From the NCBI GenBank assembly GCA_036229005.1, contig JAZAMN010000009.1:1-47744 (forward strand): a stretch of 47,744 nt of DNA, in the 5' to 3' direction. Both the position numbers and the translations under genes were made by a program. The notes under the pieces were generated by a model. That model made no database searches and was not told the origin of the DNA. It saw only the letters and a program-made list of their open reading frames with translations. This DNA is from Myxococcota bacterium (GTDB taxonomy: Bacteria > Myxococcota_A > UBA796 > CAJQPC01). Below, piece after piece: positions 44,972-47,744 of the stretch (its first letter is position 1; the number at the start of each line of letters is the position of its first letter).

Positions 44972-47473
44972 GTGGACATCTCCTCCCTGAATCAAGCAGT
45001 CTTCTCGGTCCACTCCAAGGGCCGAAAGCTCGGCCACTACTTCGCGCACTTTGACGACTGGCAGCTTGCTCCCGACCGGACCATGACCATCGGGGACCGC
45101 CAGGTCACGACCTTCGCAAGCTGCTCCTACCTGGGGCTGGAGTACGAGCCGAGCATCATCCAAGGAGCCCAGGAGGCCTGCGCCCGCTACGGAACCCAGA
45201 CCTCATTCTCCCGGGGATACCTCTCCTCTCCCCTCTACCGGGAGCTGGAAGAGGAGCTGCTGCCCACCCTGTTCGGCTCCCAGAGCGTGGTGGTCACCAG
45301 CAGCACCAGCTCGGCTCACATGATCGCCATCCCGGCCCTCATCGACGAGCGGGACGCCGTGGTCTGCGACCACCAGGTCCACCGCTCCGTGGACGACGCC
45401 GTGACGCTGCAGTGTGCGCGCTCCCACGCCCGCAAGGTCGTGATCCGCCACGGCGAGCTCGACCAGGCGCTCGACGTGCTGCGCACCCTGTCGGCTCGGC
45501 ACCGCCACGTCTGGCTCGCCTGCGACGGGATCTACTCGATGTACGGCGACTATCTCCCCACCAGCTTCCTCAACGAGGTGCTGGCTGTCGCCCCGAACAT
45601 CCGCCTCTACGTGGACGACGCCCACGGCATGAGCTGGGCCGGGAAGTACGGGCGGGGCCACTTCCTGGACCGCATCCCCCTCAGCGAGCGGGTGGTCCTC
45701 ACGACCTCCTTCGCCAAGGCCTTCGGTGTGGGCGGCGGCGTGATCACCAGCGGGGACCCGGAGCTGGTCGAACGGGCGCGCCTGGTCGGAGGTCCCTACT
45801 GCTTCTCGGGCCCCCTGCGGCCTGGAGATCTGGGGGCAGCGGCCGCGTCGGCTCGCCTCCACCTGGGCGACCAGCTTGAGCCCCGTCAGCGACGCCTGGC
45901 CAGCCTGGTCCAGCGCGCCAACGAGCGGCTGCGCACGCTCGGCGTGCCAGTGGTCGTCTACAACGAGGTCCCCTTCTTCTTTGTCGCTCTGGGCCGGGCA
46001 GAGACCGTGTACGGGCTCGCGGATCGCTTGATGCTGGATGGCTACCACGCCAGCGTCTCCGGCTTCCCCGCGGTCCCCTCCAGCCGAGGGGGCCTCCGGG
46101 TCGCCATCACCGCGAGCCACGATGAGCGCGCGGTCGACGGCGTCATCGACTCGATCGCGCACCACCTGCCCGAGGTCCTGCATGAGAACGGGGTCAGCCC
46201 AGAAGAGCTGGAGCGTGCCTTCCGCAAGGCGCGCCCCTGCCTCCGGGGCGACGAGCAGGCCGCGTCGGACTGGGCGGAGATCCGCACCCGAATGCACTTT
46301 GAGGTCCAAGCACCGACGCAGCTCCAGACCCAGGTGGTCGAGTCCATCAGCGAGCTGGACCCCGCCGAGTGGGACGCGCTCATGGTCGACCACGGCTGCA
46401 TCAGCGCCGACGCCCTGGCCATGGTCGAGCGGGTGTTTCCCCCCGACGCTCCAAAGCCCGAGGAGGCTTGGTCGCTGCGCTATGTCCTCGTGCGAGATGC
46501 AGCGGGGGAGGTGCTCGCCGCGGCGCCTCTCACCATCTGTCTGATGAAGGATGACTTTGTCATGGACGCCAGGGTGTCCAGCGCCATCGAGCAGCGGCGG
46601 GTAGACGACCCCTACCTGTTCACTTCGAAGGTGATCTCGACCGGGACCATGCTCTCGGAGGGGCTCCACCTGCACCTCACCGACGGGCCCTTGCGGCGCG
46701 AGGCCTTGACCGCGCTCACCAAGGCCATGGTCGAGCTCATGCAGACCCACGGCTGCGGCTCCGCGATCTTCCGCGACATCCCCCAGGACCCCGCCAACGC
46801 GGACCTGCGCGACGCCCTGATGGGCCTTGGGTTCGTCCCCGCGCCGATGCCCGACATGTTCATCGTCTCCGTGACGCCCGACGAGGCGGAATGGCTCCGC
46901 GGGCTCAAGAAGCGCTACCGGGGCGTGATGCGGAAGAACCTGGAGCGCGCGGACGCCTACAGCGTCCGGGTGGTCGGCTCCAACGCGCTCACCCCCCAAG
47001 AGCTCGAGTGGGCGCACAGCATGTACATGGCGGTCTCCAACAAGAACCTGGGGCTCAACATCTTCCCGCTCTCTCCGGCTGTGTTCCAGGGCTGCGCCGA
47101 CTCCCCCGCGTGGGAGTTCCTCTTCCTGCACCTTCGGCCGGAGCACGGCGGCCCGGAAGACGGGCGGCCCGTCGCATTCTGCATCTCCCACCACGTGGGC
47201 GGCGCCTACCGCGCCCTGGTGGCCGGCCTGGACTACAACCACCTCTGGCCCTTCAAGGTCCAGGATGCCAGCACCTACCGCCAGCTCCTCCTGCAGCTCC
47301 TCAGGCGCGCGAGGGCCCTGGGCAAGGAGAAGCTACACCTGGGCATGGGCGCTGAGCTCGAGAAGCGCCGCCTGGGCGCCACGCGTCACGCCATCGAAGC
47401 CTTTGTCCGCTCCGACGAGACCTTTGACGCGGCGACGCTGCGAGAGTTCGTACAGGCCCTCGGGATGGGCTGA
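44972..47473 (+). CDS. Alpha-oxoamine synthase (BioF/SPT/KBL-fold PLP enzyme) fused to GNAT/FemAB-like acyltransferase domain
   Basis: FASCSYLGL, DHQVH, DGIYSMYGD, VDDAHG, SFAKAFG (PLP Lys), FPAVP...LRV; C-terminal L..L.KRYR, GLDY, YRQLL, LHLG....EKRRLGA. Confidence 0.85.
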   Translation: MDISSLNQAVFSVHSKGRKLGHYFAHFDDWQLAPDRTMTIGDRQVTTFASCSYLGLEYEPSIIQGAQEACARYGTQTSFSRGYLSSPLYRELEEELLPTLFGSQSVVVTSSTSSAHMIAIPALIDERDAVVCDHQVHRSVDDAVTLQCARSHARKVVIRHGELDQALDVLRTLSARHRHVWLACDGIYSMYGDYLPTSFLNEVLAVAPNIRLYVDDAHGMSWAGKYGRGHFLDRIPLSERVVLTTSFAKAFGVGGGVITSGDPELVERARLVGGPYCFSGPLRPGDLGAAAASARLHLGDQLEPRQRRLASLVQRANERLRTLGVPVVVYNEVPFFFVALGRAETVYGLADRLMLDGYHASVSGFPAVPSSRGGLRVAITASHDERAVDGVIDSIAHHLPEVLHENGVSPEELERAFRKARPCLRGDEQAASDWAEIRTRMHFEVQAPTQLQTQVVESISELDPAEWDALMVDHGCISADALAMVERVFPPDAPKPEEAWSLRYVLVRDAAGEVLAAAPLTICLMKDDFVMDARVSSAIEQRRVDDPYLFTSKVISTGTMLSEGLHLHLTDGPLRREALTALTKAMVELMQTHGCGSAIFRDIPQDPANADLRDALMGLGFVPAPMPDMFIVSVTPDEAEWLRGLKKRYRGVMRKNLERADAYSVRVVGSNALTPQELEWAHSMYMAVSNKNLGLNIFPLSPAVFQGCADSPAWEFLFLHLRPEHGGPEDGRPVAFCISHHVGGAYRALVAGLDYNHLWPFKVQDASTYRQLLLQLLRRARALGKEKLHLGMGAELEKRRLGATRHAIEAFVRSDETFDAATLREFVQALGMG

Positions 47474-47547
47474 TCGGGCCGTAGGACGCCAGAGACGCTC
47501 CCCTGACGCCGCGTCATCCTCCCTGGACACCGCGGCGTACATTGGGT

Positions 47548-47581
47548 GCAGCAGACGCGAAGGCTCCGGAGCGTCTGCTGC
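47548..47581. repeat. 11-bp perfect inverted repeat gcagcagacgc/gcgtctgctgc
   Basis: Arms at 47548-47558 and 47571-47581 in the spacer between the last CDS and 5S rRNA. Confidence 0.75.
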
Positions 47582-47617
47582 GAAGGCCAGGAACGCAAAA
47601 GCTCAGGCAAGGAACGC

Positions 47618-47663
47618 AAAAAACCGCCCCGGGAGTGCAGCAGGCACTCAACCGGGACGGTTT
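47618..47663 (-). terminator. Rho-independent terminator downstream of 5S rRNA
   Basis: Minus strand aaaccgtcccgg-tt-gagtgc-ctgct-gcactc-ccggggcggttt forms a long stem ending in a T run, just after the 5S 3' end. Confidence 0.75.
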
Positions 47664-47671
47664 GATGTGAA

Positions 47672-47744
47672 GGGCGGCGACAACCTACTCTCCCACAGCG
47701 TGACCGCTGCAGTACCATCGGCTTCTTGAGGCTTAACTTCCGTG
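47672..47744 (-). rRNA. rrf: 5S ribosomal RNA, 3' part (truncated by window end)
   Basis: Reverse complement cacggaagttaagcc...gccgatggtactgc...gtgggagagtaggttgtcgccg matches the conserved 5S 3' half. Confidence 0.93.

Noticed and set aside
36349..47473. Biotin operon (bioY plus bioF-like gene)
   Set aside because: The genes are 8 kb apart on opposite strands, the AOS gene carries a large extra domain, and bioA/B/D are absent.
1..47744. CRISPR arrays, tRNAs, IS elements, prophage or anti-phage defence genes
   Set aside because: None recognised by eye; no repeat-spacer periodicity or transposase/integrase motifs were seen. A covariance-model scan was not possible.

Overview
High-GC bacterial chromosomal segment, most likely from Myxococcota. 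This is inferred from a MYXO-CTERM-like sorting tail on a secreted trypsin, a mevalonate-type HMG-CoA synthase, lipoprotein-rich content and a Wsp/Frz-like chemosensory cluster. It holds about 41 densely packed CDSs and ends inside a minus-strand 5S rRNA gene, preceded by its terminator; the window end is probably a contig break at an rrn copy. In order: a DUF2079-like membrane protein fused to an FGE-sulfatase domain; a CheB-CheR-PAS-HK-REC hybrid; a GST; an alpha/beta hydrolase; two histidine kinases; a divergent DUF3861/MarR pair with twin operators; a KAS III-like enzyme with a Cys-His-His site; a GNAT-nitrilase fusion; a GntR-controlled FAH/VOC/NodB module; a cheA-cheW2-globin MCP-cheR-cheB operon with no intact receiver; a DUF432-like protein with mscS; a trypsin; a large lipoprotein; a lipoprotein-type katG; a redox block (haem c protein, LysR, SnoaL, Fno-like reductase, Tat-signal YgiD, YqjG); bioY; SDR/LysR; a ~0.9 kb cassette bounded by a perfect 47-bp duplication of the mvaS 3' end and carrying a His/Glu-rich mini-lipoprotein plus a MerC-domain gene; mvaS; LysR; an acyl-CoA synthetase; corA; and an alpha-oxoamine synthase-GNAT fusion. 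I saw no integrase, transposase, CRISPR array or tRNA. Family calls come from recognised motifs, not database searches, and start codons were chosen by hand from RBS, overlap and family N-terminus.
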